NCBI GenBank assembly: GCA_963663355.2
Contig: CAXXKS010000001.1
Coordinates: 2,707,799 to 2,771,798 of the forward strand
Length of the DNA: 64,000 bases
Source: Alphaproteobacteria bacterium
GTDB taxonomy: Bacteria > Pseudomonadota > Alphaproteobacteria > UBA2966
Reading direction: 5' to 3'
Under the pieces are notes generated by a model, which made no database searches, was not told the DNA's origin, and saw only the letters and a program-made list of their open reading frames with translations. A program made the position numbers and the translations under genes. Each line of letters starts with the position of its first letter. Positions within the stretch are counted from its first letter, which is position 1. Shown here piece by piece: positions 1 to 9,697 of the stretch.

Positions 1-106
1 TCTGGGTGAGCTCGGTCACCGTGAGCTCGGCCTCCGCGCAGAGCGCGAGAAGGCGTAGCCGGGTCGGCTCGGCGGCCGCGCGTAGCGCATTCAGGAGTGT
101 GTTCAT
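1..106 (-). CDS. ArsR-family transcriptional regulator, SahR-like (5' part only, runs off window)
   Basis: Manual translation MNTLLNALRAAAEPTRLRLLALCAEAELTVTELTQ is a typical ArsR wHTH N-terminus; not in the ORF track because it is truncated. Confidence 0.8.
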   Translation of the reverse strand, partial: MNTLLNALRAAAEPTRLRLLALCAEAELTVTELTQ

Positions 107-147
107 GGGCTCGTGTCGAGGAAGAGGCGTTTCCGACATAGACAGTT

Positions 148-167
148 ATATAAACATATATTTATAG
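148..167. promoter_or_regulatory. Palindromic operator, likely SahR-type autoregulatory site
   Basis: TATAAA-N6-TTTATA perfect inverted repeat (149-166), about 40 bp upstream of the ArsR gene, in an AT-rich patch. Confidence 0.55.
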
Positions 168-294
168 ACTCAATTCATGAATTATGAGGAGGTTGGACCG
201 ACTTTGGTTCACGGCAAGTGGTGTTTATCGGTCGATTTTGAGCGCGCACAGGCTTCCATTCGGCGCTTTGGGGCGCCGGGATATGAGATTGTCA

Positions 295-1380
295 GTGCCG
301 GGGTTTGGAGTTGAAGGAACTGGGTTTGGCGGAGCACGGCGCTCCGGCGGTCAGGGACCCGAGGCGGCGAGGCGTCCCGCTGGCGCCCGGGCAGGCGGAG
401 GCGAAGCGGATGTGGGTGCGGGCGGTCTTCTCGGAAACGCGGACACCCGATCCTGAGGAGGCACTGCCGGAGGGTTACGAACTCGGCTTGGACCAGCGAC
501 ATCCCGCAGGGCACCGTGTTGCGCAAGGCGAGCATCAGCCAGTAGGCGGCGGCGTGGAGGACCAGCCGGACCCGGTTAGCGAGCGGGCTCCGGCAGGATG
601 TCCAGTCGGAGGCGAGTTGGACCTTGTGCTGCTTGATCAGGTTTTCGGCCTGCCCGCGGGTACAGTACACGGCTTCGTAGAGATGGCGGGCCTTGCCGGC
701 GAGCGAGGTGACGATGGTGCGCGCGTCGAAGCCCCCTGCGGCCTCTTCCAACCGGGCGACGAACCGACGGCGGCGGCACCACAAGCGGGCGGCATAGGCG
801 AAGTCGGCGAAGCCGCGCATCCCGTCCGCGCCAGCCTCGGCGCAACGCATCTTGAGGTCGGCGTCGCAGATGAGGTGGTGCAGCGCGGCATTGCCCGCCA
901 AGCCGAAGACGTAGCCGACGCCGTTCTCCTCGCACCATGTCATGGCCTCGGTTCGGCCGTAGTGGGAATTGCCTCGGACGGTGAGCCGGGTGCGCGAGCC
1001 GGTGCCGGCGGATGCGGCGGACCAAGTGCCTGAGCAGGGTGCGGACCTCGACACCGGACGGCGTCTTGCCGGGGTGCGGGAGAGACGCCACCGGCTTGCC
1101 GCTCTCGACGTGATGGACGTGCACGGGCAGGAAGCGGCGCCTGTCGTGATGGGTGTGGAACAACGGCAGTTGCTGGTGGCCGAACTGCATCGCGGGTATC
1201 GTCGATGTCGAGGGTGATGACGTCAGGCGGGTCGGGAAGAAGCGGCAGCGGAGGTCGATCAAAGTGGCAGTCATGCGCGCCACCTCGGTGCGTGAGGGCG
1301 CGTTCTCCAGCCGGCTCATGGTCGGCTGCAAACACAAGTCGCGCCCGCTCTCCGGCGTCCGGCCTATGGCCCGCCTGAAC
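295..1380 (-). pseudogene. IS1380-family transposase remnant (frameshifted, 5'-truncated)
   Basis: IS1380 motifs spread over several frames: GRTPESGRDLCLQPTMSRLEN, ITLDIDDT, PGKTPSG.EV, VRGNSHYGRTE, YCTRGQAENLIK. Confidence 0.85.
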
Positions 1381-1828
1381 CTTCGGTCCAGCGCGCCGCA
1401 GCGACGGCGTCGCTGCCACGGGCCGCGACCCACTTTGCGCCTTGGGCCGTCGTCTCCCGCTTCCAGAACGGAGCCTTGGTCTTGAGCCAGTCCACGAGAA
1501 ACTCGCTCGCTTCGAAGGCCGCCCGGCGGTGCGCGGATGCGGTGACGACCATAACGATCCTGTCCCCCGGTTCGAGACGGCCGTAGCGGTGGATGATCAG
1601 GCTCGCGGACAGGGGCCAGCGCGACGCCGCCTCGGCCTCGATCCGGGCCAGCATCTTTTCCGTCATACCCGAGTAGTGCTCGAGCGTCATGTCCAAGATC
1701 GCCTCGCCGTCGTCGATGTCGCGGACAAGGCCGACAAAGGTCACCACCGCGCCGGCACCCCGGCCGGTGCGGACGACCCGGTCGATCTCGGCGGCGACAT
1801 CGAAGTCCTCTCTCTGAACCCGGATCAT
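1364..1828 (-). CDS. moaE: Molybdopterin synthase catalytic subunit
   Basis: MIRVQREDFD, GAVVTFVGLVR, LEHY.GM, HRRAAF, LKTKAPFWKRE. Confidence 0.95.
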   Translation of the reverse strand: MIRVQREDFDVAAEIDRVVRTGRGAGAVVTFVGLVRDIDDGEAILDMTLEHYSGMTEKMLARIEAEAASRWPLSASLIIHRYGRLEPGDRIVMVVTASAHRRAAFEASEFLVDWLKTKAPFWKRETTAQGAKWVAARGSDAVAAARWTEGSGGP

Positions 1829-1845
1829 GTGGCCCGCTTCCGGTC

Positions 1846-2097
1846 TCACCCGCCGGTCACCGGCGGAAACAAGGCCACTTCGTCGCCGGCCGAGACCGGC
1901 GCGTCGAGCGATGCGTACTCCTCGTTCACGGCGACCCGCACGACGGACGTATCCTGGAGCGCGTCTGCGTGCTGAGGACTGCGGCCTCGCAGCCATTCGA
2001 GCAGGTCGCCGACCGTGGACACATCGCCGGGAAGGTCGACAGTCTCTTCCGAAAGGCCGATTTTCGAGCGGACCCAGGCAAAATAGAGGATATTCAA
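1846..2097 (-). CDS. moaD: Molybdopterin synthase sulfur carrier subunit
   Basis: ILYFAWVR start and C-terminal FPPVTGG di-glycine; TTG start overlaps the moeA stop. Confidence 0.95.
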   Translation of the reverse strand: MNILYFAWVRSKIGLSEETVDLPGDVSTVGDLLEWLRGRSPQHADALQDTSVVRVAVNEEYASLDAPVSAGDEVALFPPVTGG

Positions 2098-3347
2098 GAC
2101 GCCACCTCGGCGAAGGGAAGAAACTCCACCATAGTGCCCGGCACCACCTCCGTCATCTCCTCGGGCAGCTCGACAAGGCCGTCCGACTCCACCAGGGAGC
2201 GCAGAATCCCGGCCCCCTCGCGCGCGAACTTCTCGGCTTCCAGAGTCCCGTCGGCGCCCGGCTTGAGACGTGCCCGCACCCATTCGCGGCGATGGAGCTT
2301 CTTGCGATGGGAGAACTCTGCCCGGACGCGGTAAAGCCGCGGTTCGACGCGCGTGCCCCCCGCCAGACGCAGCAGCAGCGGCCGCGCGAAGCGAAGAAAC
2401 GTCACCATCGCGGCCACCGGATTACCGGGCAGCCCGACGAACGGCACCCCGTTCACCTGCCCCAACGCCAGCGGACGGCCCGGCTTTATGGCTAGGCGCC
2501 AAAAGTGGAGGGTGCCGTTTCCCTCGACCGCGTGCCTGACGTGATCCTCCTCACCCACCGACACGCCACCCGACGTGATCAACAGGTCGTGCGCGCGGGC
2601 GGCGTCCCGCAGGGCCGACGCCACCGCCCACCGGTCGTCGGCCAGAATCCCCAGATCGGAGACGTCGGCGGGAAGACCGTCCAACAGCGACATGAGGACG
2701 TAGCGGTTCGAGTCATAGATGCCCCCGCAGGTGAGAGGGGTGCCCGGCTCGCGGACCTCGTCGCCCGTGGAAAAGACGGCCACCCGGACCGGCCGGTACA
2801 CGGAGACGCCGGTGCGGCCGACGGAGGCCGCGATGCCGAGATCCTGAGGCCGCAGCAGACGGCCCGCAGCTAGGACGACATCTCCCTTCTCGACGTCTTC
2901 GCCGGCGCGGCGGCGGTTGGCGCCCCGCGACAGTCCGGGAGGAACGACGACCTCGCCAGCGTCGGCGCGGCAGTCTTCCTGCATGGCGACGGTATCACAT
3001 CCCTCCGGCATCACGGCGCCCGTGAAGATGCGCAATGCCTTGCCGTGGCCGGGCTCGCGCGGCGCCGGATGTCCCGCCGTGGCCCGGCCGGCTATTCGAA
3101 GGTGCGTCTCCCGGCCGGGCGTCAGGTCGTCGAACGCGAATGCGTAGCCGTCGACTGCCGAATTTCCCTGTGGGGGAATGTCGCGCTCGGACACGATGTC
3201 TTCCGCGAGAATCCGCCTGACTGCGCCGCGCAGGGGACGGCGTTCGGCGACGCAGACGGGCACGATGCGCTCCGCCAGAAGGGCAAGCGCTTCCGCCGTC
3301 GTCATCGGACGGTCTCCGGCGGCGAAGCAATCGTCAGAAAGCTGCAC
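2094..3347 (-). CDS. moeA: Molybdopterin molybdotransferase
   Basis: SAVDGYA, IFTGA, STGDE, SGGVSVG, KPGRP, GLPGNP motifs. Confidence 0.95.
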   Translation of the reverse strand: MQLSDDCFAAGDRPMTTAEALALLAERIVPVCVAERRPLRGAVRRILAEDIVSERDIPPQGNSAVDGYAFAFDDLTPGRETHLRIAGRATAGHPAPREPGHGKALRIFTGAVMPEGCDTVAMQEDCRADAGEVVVPPGLSRGANRRRAGEDVEKGDVVLAAGRLLRPQDLGIAASVGRTGVSVYRPVRVAVFSTGDEVREPGTPLTCGGIYDSNRYVLMSLLDGLPADVSDLGILADDRWAVASALRDAARAHDLLITSGGVSVGEEDHVRHAVEGNGTLHFWRLAIKPGRPLALGQVNGVPFVGLPGNPVAAMVTFLRFARPLLLRLAGGTRVEPRLYRVRAEFSHRKKLHRREWVRARLKPGADGTLEAEKFAREGAGILRSLVESDGLVELPEEMTEVVPGTMVEFLPFAEVAS

Positions 3348-3348
3348 G

Positions 3349-3879
3349 CTAGCGCCCCTCGGCCGTCGCGCGCCGGGTTTCCCCGGCGAGGTCGCAATGG
3401 GTCGCGATGAACGCCGCGATTTTGTCGACCGCGGCGAGATCGAGGACGGGAACGGGAACGCCCGTCAGCGGCGTGTCACTGGCCACGGCGACGACGTGGG
3501 GATCCTCGTGCCGGAGCATGGGTTTCCCCAACTCCCGGCGGAAGACCTCCAGCTTGTCGATGGCCTCCCGCTTGAACCCCTCGACCAGAACGAGGTCCAC
3601 GGGCGACAGCCGAGAAACGAGATCCGCCAGCGAGGGTTCCGGCTCACCGCGATTCTCGTGTATGAGTGCCCATCGCCGGCTTGAGGATACCAGGACCTCG
3701 GAGGCACCCGCCTTTCGATGCTCGTAGGAATCCTTCCCCGGCCGGTCGACGTCAAATCCGTGGTGCGCATGCTTGATGGTCGCTACGCGAATGCCGCGTC
3801 CCGTAAGCCGGGGCAGCAGGCCCGTCATGAGTGTCGTCTTGCCGCTACCGCTCCATCCGGCGATGCAGAACAGCTTCAT
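3349..3879 (-). CDS. mobB: Molybdopterin-guanine dinucleotide biosynthesis protein B
   Basis: GWSGSGKTT, IKHAHH.FD.D.PGKDS, LVEGFK. Confidence 0.93.
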   Translation of the reverse strand: MKLFCIAGWSGSGKTTLMTGLLPRLTGRGIRVATIKHAHHGFDVDRPGKDSYEHRKAGASEVLVSSSRRWALIHENRGEPEPSLADLVSRLSPVDLVLVEGFKREAIDKLEVFRRELGKPMLRHEDPHVVAVASDTPLTGVPVPVLDLAAVDKIAAFIATHCDLAGETRRATAEGR

Positions 3880-4490
3880 CGCGAAATCCCTCGCGGGCCG
3901 GTGGCGCGGGTGCGGTCCGCCGCCTCCGCGCCGCCGTTCGCTGCGATGTGCACCAGTCCCGCCTTCAGGTAATCATAGCCCGTGTAGAGCGTCAGCGCGG
4001 CGGCGATCCACAGGCAGACAGTCCCGATTTCCTTGGCCGGCAGCAGCAGGTCCCCCGCGTTGCCCGACAGCAGAAAGGCGATTGCCACGATCTGGAGCGT
4101 GGTCTTCCACTTCGCCAGACGGCTTACGGGAACAGGGACCTGCACGTCCGCCAAGAATTCGCGCAAGCCGGACACCAGAATCTCGCGGCATACGATAATC
4201 ACCGCCGCGAGAACCGTCCATCCGTCGATGCGGTCGAAGGCGATCAACATGACGATCGCGGCGCCAATCAGGAGCTTGTCGGCCACGGGATCCAGGAACC
4301 GACCCAGCGCGGACATCTGTCCGCGCAGGCGCGCCACGTAGCCGTCCAGAAAGTCGGTGACGCCAGCGGCACAGAACAGCCCCAGGGCGATCCAATCCGC
4401 CAAGAGGCCCGGGAAGTAGAACGTCACCACCAGCGCCGGAATGACCAGAATCCGCGAGAGAGTCAAGAGGTTAGGCAGGCTGGTAATCAT
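3876..4490 (-). CDS. pgsA: CDP-diacylglycerol--glycerol-3-phosphate 3-phosphatidyltransferase
   Basis: PNLLTLSRI and DFLDGYVAR...GRFLDPVADK motif; downstream of uvrC. Confidence 0.95.
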   Translation of the reverse strand: MITSLPNLLTLSRILVIPALVVTFYFPGLLADWIALGLFCAAGVTDFLDGYVARLRGQMSALGRFLDPVADKLLIGAAIVMLIAFDRIDGWTVLAAVIIVCREILVSGLREFLADVQVPVPVSRLAKWKTTLQIVAIAFLLSGNAGDLLLPAKEIGTVCLWIAAALTLYTGYDYLKAGLVHIAANGGAEAADRTRATGPRGISR

Positions 4491-4559
4491 CGGCGGACGG
4501 GAGGTTTTCGGCTGTCGTCGTCCATCCCCGGCGTTCGGGCTCTCGGCACCGGAAGTCCT

Positions 4560-6494
4560 CTAGTCGCCGGGACGAAAATGGTCATGTACCGACTTTGCCA
4601 CACCCTGCGAGATTCCTTCGACCGCTTCAAGGTCGGCGAGGCCCGCGCGCTCCACCGCCCGCGCGGAGCCGAAATGATGCAGCAGGGCGCGCTTTCGCTT
4701 CGCCCCGATGCCGGGGATATCGTCCAGAACCGAACGGCCCAGTTTACGCGATCGCTTGGCCCGATGGCTGCCGATGGCGTATCGATGCGCCTCGTCGCGC
4801 AGACGCTGAAGGAAGTATAGAACGGGATCGTTCGGTTCCAGGGAGAAAGGCGGTTTCCCCGGAACGTGGAACGTTTCGCGCCCGGCATTGCGGTCCGGGC
4901 CCTTTGCGATGGCGGCGAGCGCCACGTCCGTGACTCCGAGATCGGCGAACACCTGACGGGCCGTCTTCATGTGGCCAGCGCCGCCGTCGATCAGGACGAG
5001 GTCGGGCCACCACCCGCCTCCGCGGCCTTCATCCTCCTTGAGCAGGCGCGAGAAACGCCGGGTCAGAACTTCGGCCATCATGCCGTAGTCGTCGCCCGGA
5101 GCGAGATTGGCCCGCCTGATGTTGAACGTCCGGTACCGGTTCTTGAGGAGCCCCTCAGCCCCCGCGACGATCATCGCGCCCAGCGCCTCGCTGCCGCGAA
5201 TATGGCTGTTGTCGTAGACCTCGATGCGCTCGGGGGCGGCCTCAAGCCCCAACGTTCGAGCCACGCCCTCCAGCAGCAGCCGTTGCGATGCGCTCTCCGC
5301 GAAGCGGCGGGCGAGCGCTTCCCGGGCGTTGTCCGCGGCATGCTCGACGAGCCGGCGCTTGGCGCCCCGGCGCGGAACGCGAACGTCCACCCGCCTGTCC
5401 GCCCGGACGCAGAGTGCCTGCTCGACCAGATCCCTGCCTTCCATGTCGTGACTGGTCAGCACTAGCCGGGGCGGCGGCTTGTCGGCGTAGAACTGGCCGA
5501 TGAAGGCGGACAGGACGTCTTCGATCGTGTCGCTCCTGGCGTGCGCCGGGAAATAGGCCCGGTTACCGTAGTTTCGCCCGGAACGGAAAAAGAACACCTG
5601 GATGCAAGTCTGTCCGGCGTTCCGGCAGGCTCCGATGACGTCCGCTTCTCCCAGTGCCGGCATGTTGATCCCTTGGCGTGCCTGGATCTGCGTGAGGGCC
5701 CGAATGCGGTCCCGATAGACCGCCGCGGTCTCGAATTCCAGGTTCGCGCTGGCCTCCTGCATCCGTTCGGAGAGCTCCTCCTGGGTTCGCCGGCTCCGGC
5801 CCGAAAGAAAGTCCCGCGCCTCGCGCACGATGCGGCCGTAGTCTTCCCCGCCGATACGGCCGACGCAGGGTGCCGTGCAGCGGCGAATCTGGTACTGCAG
5901 GCAGGGCCGCGTGCGGCTCGCGAAGATGCTGTCGGAACAGGAACGAAGCGGAAAGGCCCGCTGGAGCGCGTTGATCGTTTCGTTGACGGCGCCTGCCGAC
6001 GCGAAGGGCCCGAAATATTCACCCGGCCGGTTTCGCGCGCCGCGGTGTTTCATGATCCGGGCCCAGCCGTGGTCCGCCGTGATAAGAATGTAGGGGAAGG
6101 ATTTGTCATCCCTCAGCAATATGTTGTACCGGGGCTTGAGTTCCTTGATGAGGTTCGACTCCAGAAGCAGGGCCTCGACCTCGGTATGCGTCGTGATGAA
6201 CTCCATATCCGCGGTCGCCGCGACCATGCCCAGTATGCGTGTCCCGAGGCCGGTCGAATTCGCATAAGAGGCGACCCGCTTCTTCAGGCTCTTCGCCTTG
6301 CCGACGTACAGGACCTGTCTCTTCGCATCGATCATCCGATAGACGCCGGGACTGTTGGGCAACGTCTTCAAATGAACGCGAATGACATCACGACCGCGCG
6401 TGATCGAAGGGGCGGCGAGTTTGCCGCCCGCGCCCTCCGAGCCGGAGACCGCGCGGTGCCGCAGGCGCTGAACCTCGGGTTGCATGGCCGTCAT
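4560..6494 (-). CDS. uvrC: Excinuclease ABC subunit C
   Basis: PGVYRM/LYVGKAK GIY-YIG domain, IEVYDNSH, RDEAHR, HhH GIG; start approximate. Confidence 0.97.
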   Translation of the reverse strand: MTAMQPEVQRLRHRAVSGSEGAGGKLAAPSITRGRDVIRVHLKTLPNSPGVYRMIDAKRQVLYVGKAKSLKKRVASYANSTGLGTRILGMVAATADMEFITTHTEVEALLLESNLIKELKPRYNILLRDDKSFPYILITADHGWARIMKHRGARNRPGEYFGPFASAGAVNETINALQRAFPLRSCSDSIFASRTRPCLQYQIRRCTAPCVGRIGGEDYGRIVREARDFLSGRSRRTQEELSERMQEASANLEFETAAVYRDRIRALTQIQARQGINMPALGEADVIGACRNAGQTCIQVFFFRSGRNYGNRAYFPAHARSDTIEDVLSAFIGQFYADKPPPRLVLTSHDMEGRDLVEQALCVRADRRVDVRVPRRGAKRRLVEHAADNAREALARRFAESASQRLLLEGVARTLGLEAAPERIEVYDNSHIRGSEALGAMIVAGAEGLLKNRYRTFNIRRANLAPGDDYGMMAEVLTRRFSRLLKEDEGRGGGWWPDLVLIDGGAGHMKTARQVFADLGVTDVALAAIAKGPDRNAGRETFHVPGKPPFSLEPNDPVLYFLQRLRDEAHRYAIGSHRAKRSRKLGRSVLDDIPGIGAKRKRALLHHFGSARAVERAGLADLEAVEGISQGVAKSVHDHFRPGD

Positions 6495-6739
6495 GATCCG
6501 TTCCCGGCGAGCATATCACCGGCGAGGCCACACGGCTCCCGAAGTTTGCCGCGGTTCGGGATCGAAAAGGTCGGTCGCCCCGTCGGCCCCGCTTTCGGGG
6601 CAATCGGGCCGTGTCACGAGACATGGGCGCGCGGACATCCCGCCCCCATACGCGAGCCGGAGACCTGCGCACCTGACCGTTTCGGTCGGGGCTCCTCGTT
6701 CCGGCGACGGGTCGGCGACGATTTCACATGAGTGTTACA

Positions 6740-6890
6740 CTATCCACGATTCGTGTGGATAAGTTTGTGGGAAATCGCGCCGCCAAAGCGTACAAGCGCG
6801 GCATTCCTTTGCCTTTGACCTTATTGCCCATATTTTGGGCAAATACATCAAGTCATTGATTTTGAATAAGAAATAAAAAATCAAGTGATT
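6740..6890. promoter_or_regulatory. AT-rich cluster of DnaA-box-like and IHF-like sites
   Basis: TGTGGATAA (6754-6762, perfect DnaA box), CTATCCACG (6740-6748), TGTGGGAAA; palindrome TTGCCCA-N5-TGGGCAA (6824-6842); AATCAATGACTTG on the minus strand and AATCAAGTGATTT. Confidence 0.5.
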
Positions 6891-7008
6891 TCCGATGTCC
6901 GGGGCCGGAAATCTCGAACGGACTGCGGCAGTTGGTATCCGTCAAATATTCGCCTGTGCACAACTTGACGACAAACGGCCGTCAACCGCTAGAGAATTTG
7001 TCGAATTA

Positions 7009-7482
7009 TCAATGGTTAGGTCGGAATCTCTTGATTTCGACGCCGACGCTTTCCGCTTCGGGGATGGCGTGAAGTTTCTCGACTCCCACGTGAACCCCTA
7101 CGACGCGGAGATCAGACAGGCATAGTTCCGCGATCTTTTCGGCCAATGTCTCGACTAAGTTTGTGTGACCTTCCGCCAATACTTCCTTCACGCCCAATAC
7201 CACCGTCTCGTAGCTGACGACGTGGTCGATCTCGTCGTTCGGGGATCGACGGGGATCCTCGGTAATCAACTCAAGATTGATGCGAACCTGCTGCGGACCG
7301 GATTTCTCGTGACGGTACACGCCGACGCGGGCGGACAGAACGAGATTGCGGATGACGATCCGCCGCGTCTCGAGCCTTTCCCGTTCCCGGCTCAAGCCAG
7401 CCCCATCCGGCGACGCGGTCACGTCAGTCCGTCCCCTTGCGCTGCGCCCGGCGGCGGCATCATTCCTTGAGGTCCGCGTCAT
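7009..7482 (-). CDS. folB: Dihydroneopterin aldolase
   Basis: VGVYRHEK..PQ, VVSYE, LVETLAE, VEKL..I; start uncertain. Confidence 0.88.
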   Translation of the reverse strand: MTRTSRNDAAAGRSARGRTDVTASPDGAGLSRERERLETRRIVIRNLVLSARVGVYRHEKSGPQQVRINLELITEDPRRSPNDEIDHVVSYETVVLGVKEVLAEGHTNLVETLAEKIAELCLSDLRVVGVHVGVEKLHAIPEAESVGVEIKRFRPNH

Positions 7483-8248
7483 CCGGGCGCCGTCGCCATT
7501 TGAGGTGCTGGCCGCCGTCCAGCGCAATCATTTGTCCGGTCATCGCGGGCGACGACAGGATGAACCGGACGGCGGACACGATCTCGGCCGGTGTCGTGCC
7601 TCGCCCCAGCGGCGCCGAGGCGGCCTGTGCCTCGAAGTGTTCGCGGCTTTGCCGGGGGCTCGGCAGCGTCGATCCCGGCCCGATGCCATTCACCCTGATC
7701 CGGGGCGCGAGCGCCAGCGCACACGTTCGGGTCAAAGTCCACAGGCCGCTCTTGCTCAACGTGTAGGACGCGAAGCGGGGCGTCAGGTTCCATACGCGCT
7801 CGTCGATGACGTTGACAATGCAGCCGGATGCACCCGCCGACATCTCTCGGGCGAAGGACTGTGTCAGGAAGAACGGTGCGCGCAAATTGACGTCGATGTG
7901 GCGGCACCAGGACTCCAGCGTGGCCGAACGGATATCGTCCGGCTCGAACACGGACGCGTTGTTGACGAGGCAGGTCACCGGCCCCAACTCCGCGATGACG
8001 CGCGGGATCAGGTCCGTGGCGGCGGTCGCGTCCGCGAGGTCGGCGGCGACCGCGACGGCGCGACCGCCACTCGCCGCGATGTCGGTCACGACTTCCTCGG
8101 ACTGACTCGCCGACCGCAGGTGATGGACGGCGACCGCCCACCCGTCCTCCGCCAGCGCCCGGCAGATCGCCCGTCCGATTCGCTGCCCGCCGCCCGTGAC
8201 GAGCGCCACACCTGGCTCGATGAACGACGGGGGCACCGCGCCGCTCAT
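7460..8248 (-). CDS. SDR oxidoreductase, pteridine reductase/FolM-like
   Basis: TGGGQRIG, NNAS, YTLSK, VNGIGPG; overlaps folB. Confidence 0.88.
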   Translation of the reverse strand: MSGAVPPSFIEPGVALVTGGGQRIGRAICRALAEDGWAVAVHHLRSASQSEEVVTDIAASGGRAVAVAADLADATAATDLIPRVIAELGPVTCLVNNASVFEPDDIRSATLESWCRHIDVNLRAPFFLTQSFAREMSAGASGCIVNVIDERVWNLTPRFASYTLSKSGLWTLTRTCALALAPRIRVNGIGPGSTLPSPRQSREHFEAQAASAPLGRGTTPAEIVSAVRFILSSPAMTGQMIALDGGQHLKWRRRPDDADLKE

Positions 8249-9234
8249 GGGCTCGGGTAGCCGGTCTCGAGCGAGAGCACCGGCACGCCGAGGTATTGGA
8301 TGGAGACGAATCCGAGATAGGCGGCGGAGAACGCGACGCCCGCGGCGCGGCCGATGGGTATGCGGCGCAGCGCGAACGGCAACAGAGCCAGCGAGGCGCC
8401 GAGCATCACCCAGAGGTCGAACTGCAACGTTTGCGCGGGTACCGGCACCGGAACGATCAACGATGTGACGCCCATGACGCCTAGTATATTGAACATGTTG
8501 CTACCGACCACGTTACCGACAGCGATTCCGCCTTGACTTCGAACGGCGGCGGCGACGGTCGTGGCGAGCTCGGGCAGGGACGTTCCCAGCGCTACGAGGG
8601 TGAGGCCGATGACCGTTTCCGACACGCCCCACATCCGTGCGACGCCCACTGCCCCGCCGATCAGGACATGGGATCCAAACAGCAGTCCCGCCAATCCGAC
8701 GGCGATGAATCCCAGGAACACGGGCACGGAACGGGGAAACGCGCCGATGCCGTCGAACTCTTCGCCGTATTCCTCGCGGCCACGGCCGTCGCCACGCTCC
8801 GACACGTAGGAATTGATGAGGAAGGCAAGGAGGAGGACCACTAGGACCGCGCCTTGCCACGCCACCAGCGTCCCGCCCCAGCAGAGCGCGACGAAGAGCA
8901 GGCTCGCACCGATCATCACGAAGACATCACGGTTCAGGGACGGGGCCCGGCAGACGATGGGGGACACGATCGCGGGCGCCCCGAGGACGAGAAGGACGTT
9001 GGCCACGTTGCTGCCGACGATATTGCCGATGGCGAGCCCGGGCACGCCGTCCCACGCCGCTTCCACGCTGACGATCAACTCCGGCGCCGAAGTGCCGAAG
9101 GCAACGACCGTCAGGCCGATGACGAGCGGCGAGACCCCCAGTTTTCGTGCCAGCGCCACGGCACCCCGGACGAGAACGTCCCCGCCCAGGAGCAGGATGA
9201 CGAGACCGCCGACCAACTGGAGGTAAATCGACAC
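8245..9234 (-). CDS. Calcium/sodium antiporter (YrbG family)
   Basis: Two alpha repeats, GTSAPE...GNIVGSN and GTSLPE...GNVVGSN. Confidence 0.93.
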   Translation of the reverse strand: MSIYLQLVGGLVILLLGGDVLVRGAVALARKLGVSPLVIGLTVVAFGTSAPELIVSVEAAWDGVPGLAIGNIVGSNVANVLLVLGAPAIVSPIVCRAPSLNRDVFVMIGASLLFVALCWGGTLVAWQGAVLVVLLLAFLINSYVSERGDGRGREEYGEEFDGIGAFPRSVPVFLGFIAVGLAGLLFGSHVLIGGAVGVARMWGVSETVIGLTLVALGTSLPELATTVAAAVRSQGGIAVGNVVGSNMFNILGVMGVTSLIVPVPVPAQTLQFDLWVMLGASLALLPFALRRIPIGRAAGVAFSAAYLGFVSIQYLGVPVLSLETGYPSP

Positions 9235-9274
9235 CTACGCCTCCCCGGCTCGTCCCGGAACCGGCCGGTCGCAT

Positions 9275-9697
9275 TCATGCCGTCTCTTCAACGTCGTCCA
9301 GGTCCGTGTAGGCCAGCACCATATCCCGCAGGGTCACGATACCTACCAGATTACGGTCGTGATCCACGACCAAACCACGGCTCAATCCCAGACCGCTGAG
9401 GAGGCGGGATGCGAATTTGGCGTCCATTCCTGCGTCCAGCGTAACCACCGGCTTCACCATGACCTCGTAGACGTCCACCCGGTCCAGCGAACGGTTCCTG
9501 GCAATCACTTCCCGGGCAATATCCGCGACCACGATGAGACCCAGCTCGTCCCGCTCGTCCCGGCGTTCGATGACGAGAGAGCTGACGCCGTGCTTCCGCA
9601 TCTCGTGCAGCGCATCGCGGATGGTGGCAAGCGGATCGATGACGTGCACGTCCTTCCGCATGATGTCGCCGACCTTGATGTAGGGGAGCCGGGTCAT
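9275..9697 (-). CDS. CBS-pair domain protein
   Basis: VGDIM...VSSLVI...GLIVVADI and EVM...VGIVTLRD tandem CBS pattern. Confidence 0.88.
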   Translation of the reverse strand: MTRLPYIKVGDIMRKDVHVIDPLATIRDALHEMRKHGVSSLVIERRDERDELGLIVVADIAREVIARNRSLDRVDVYEVMVKPVVTLDAGMDAKFASRLLSGLGLSRGLVVDHDRNLVGIVTLRDMVLAYTDLDDVEETA

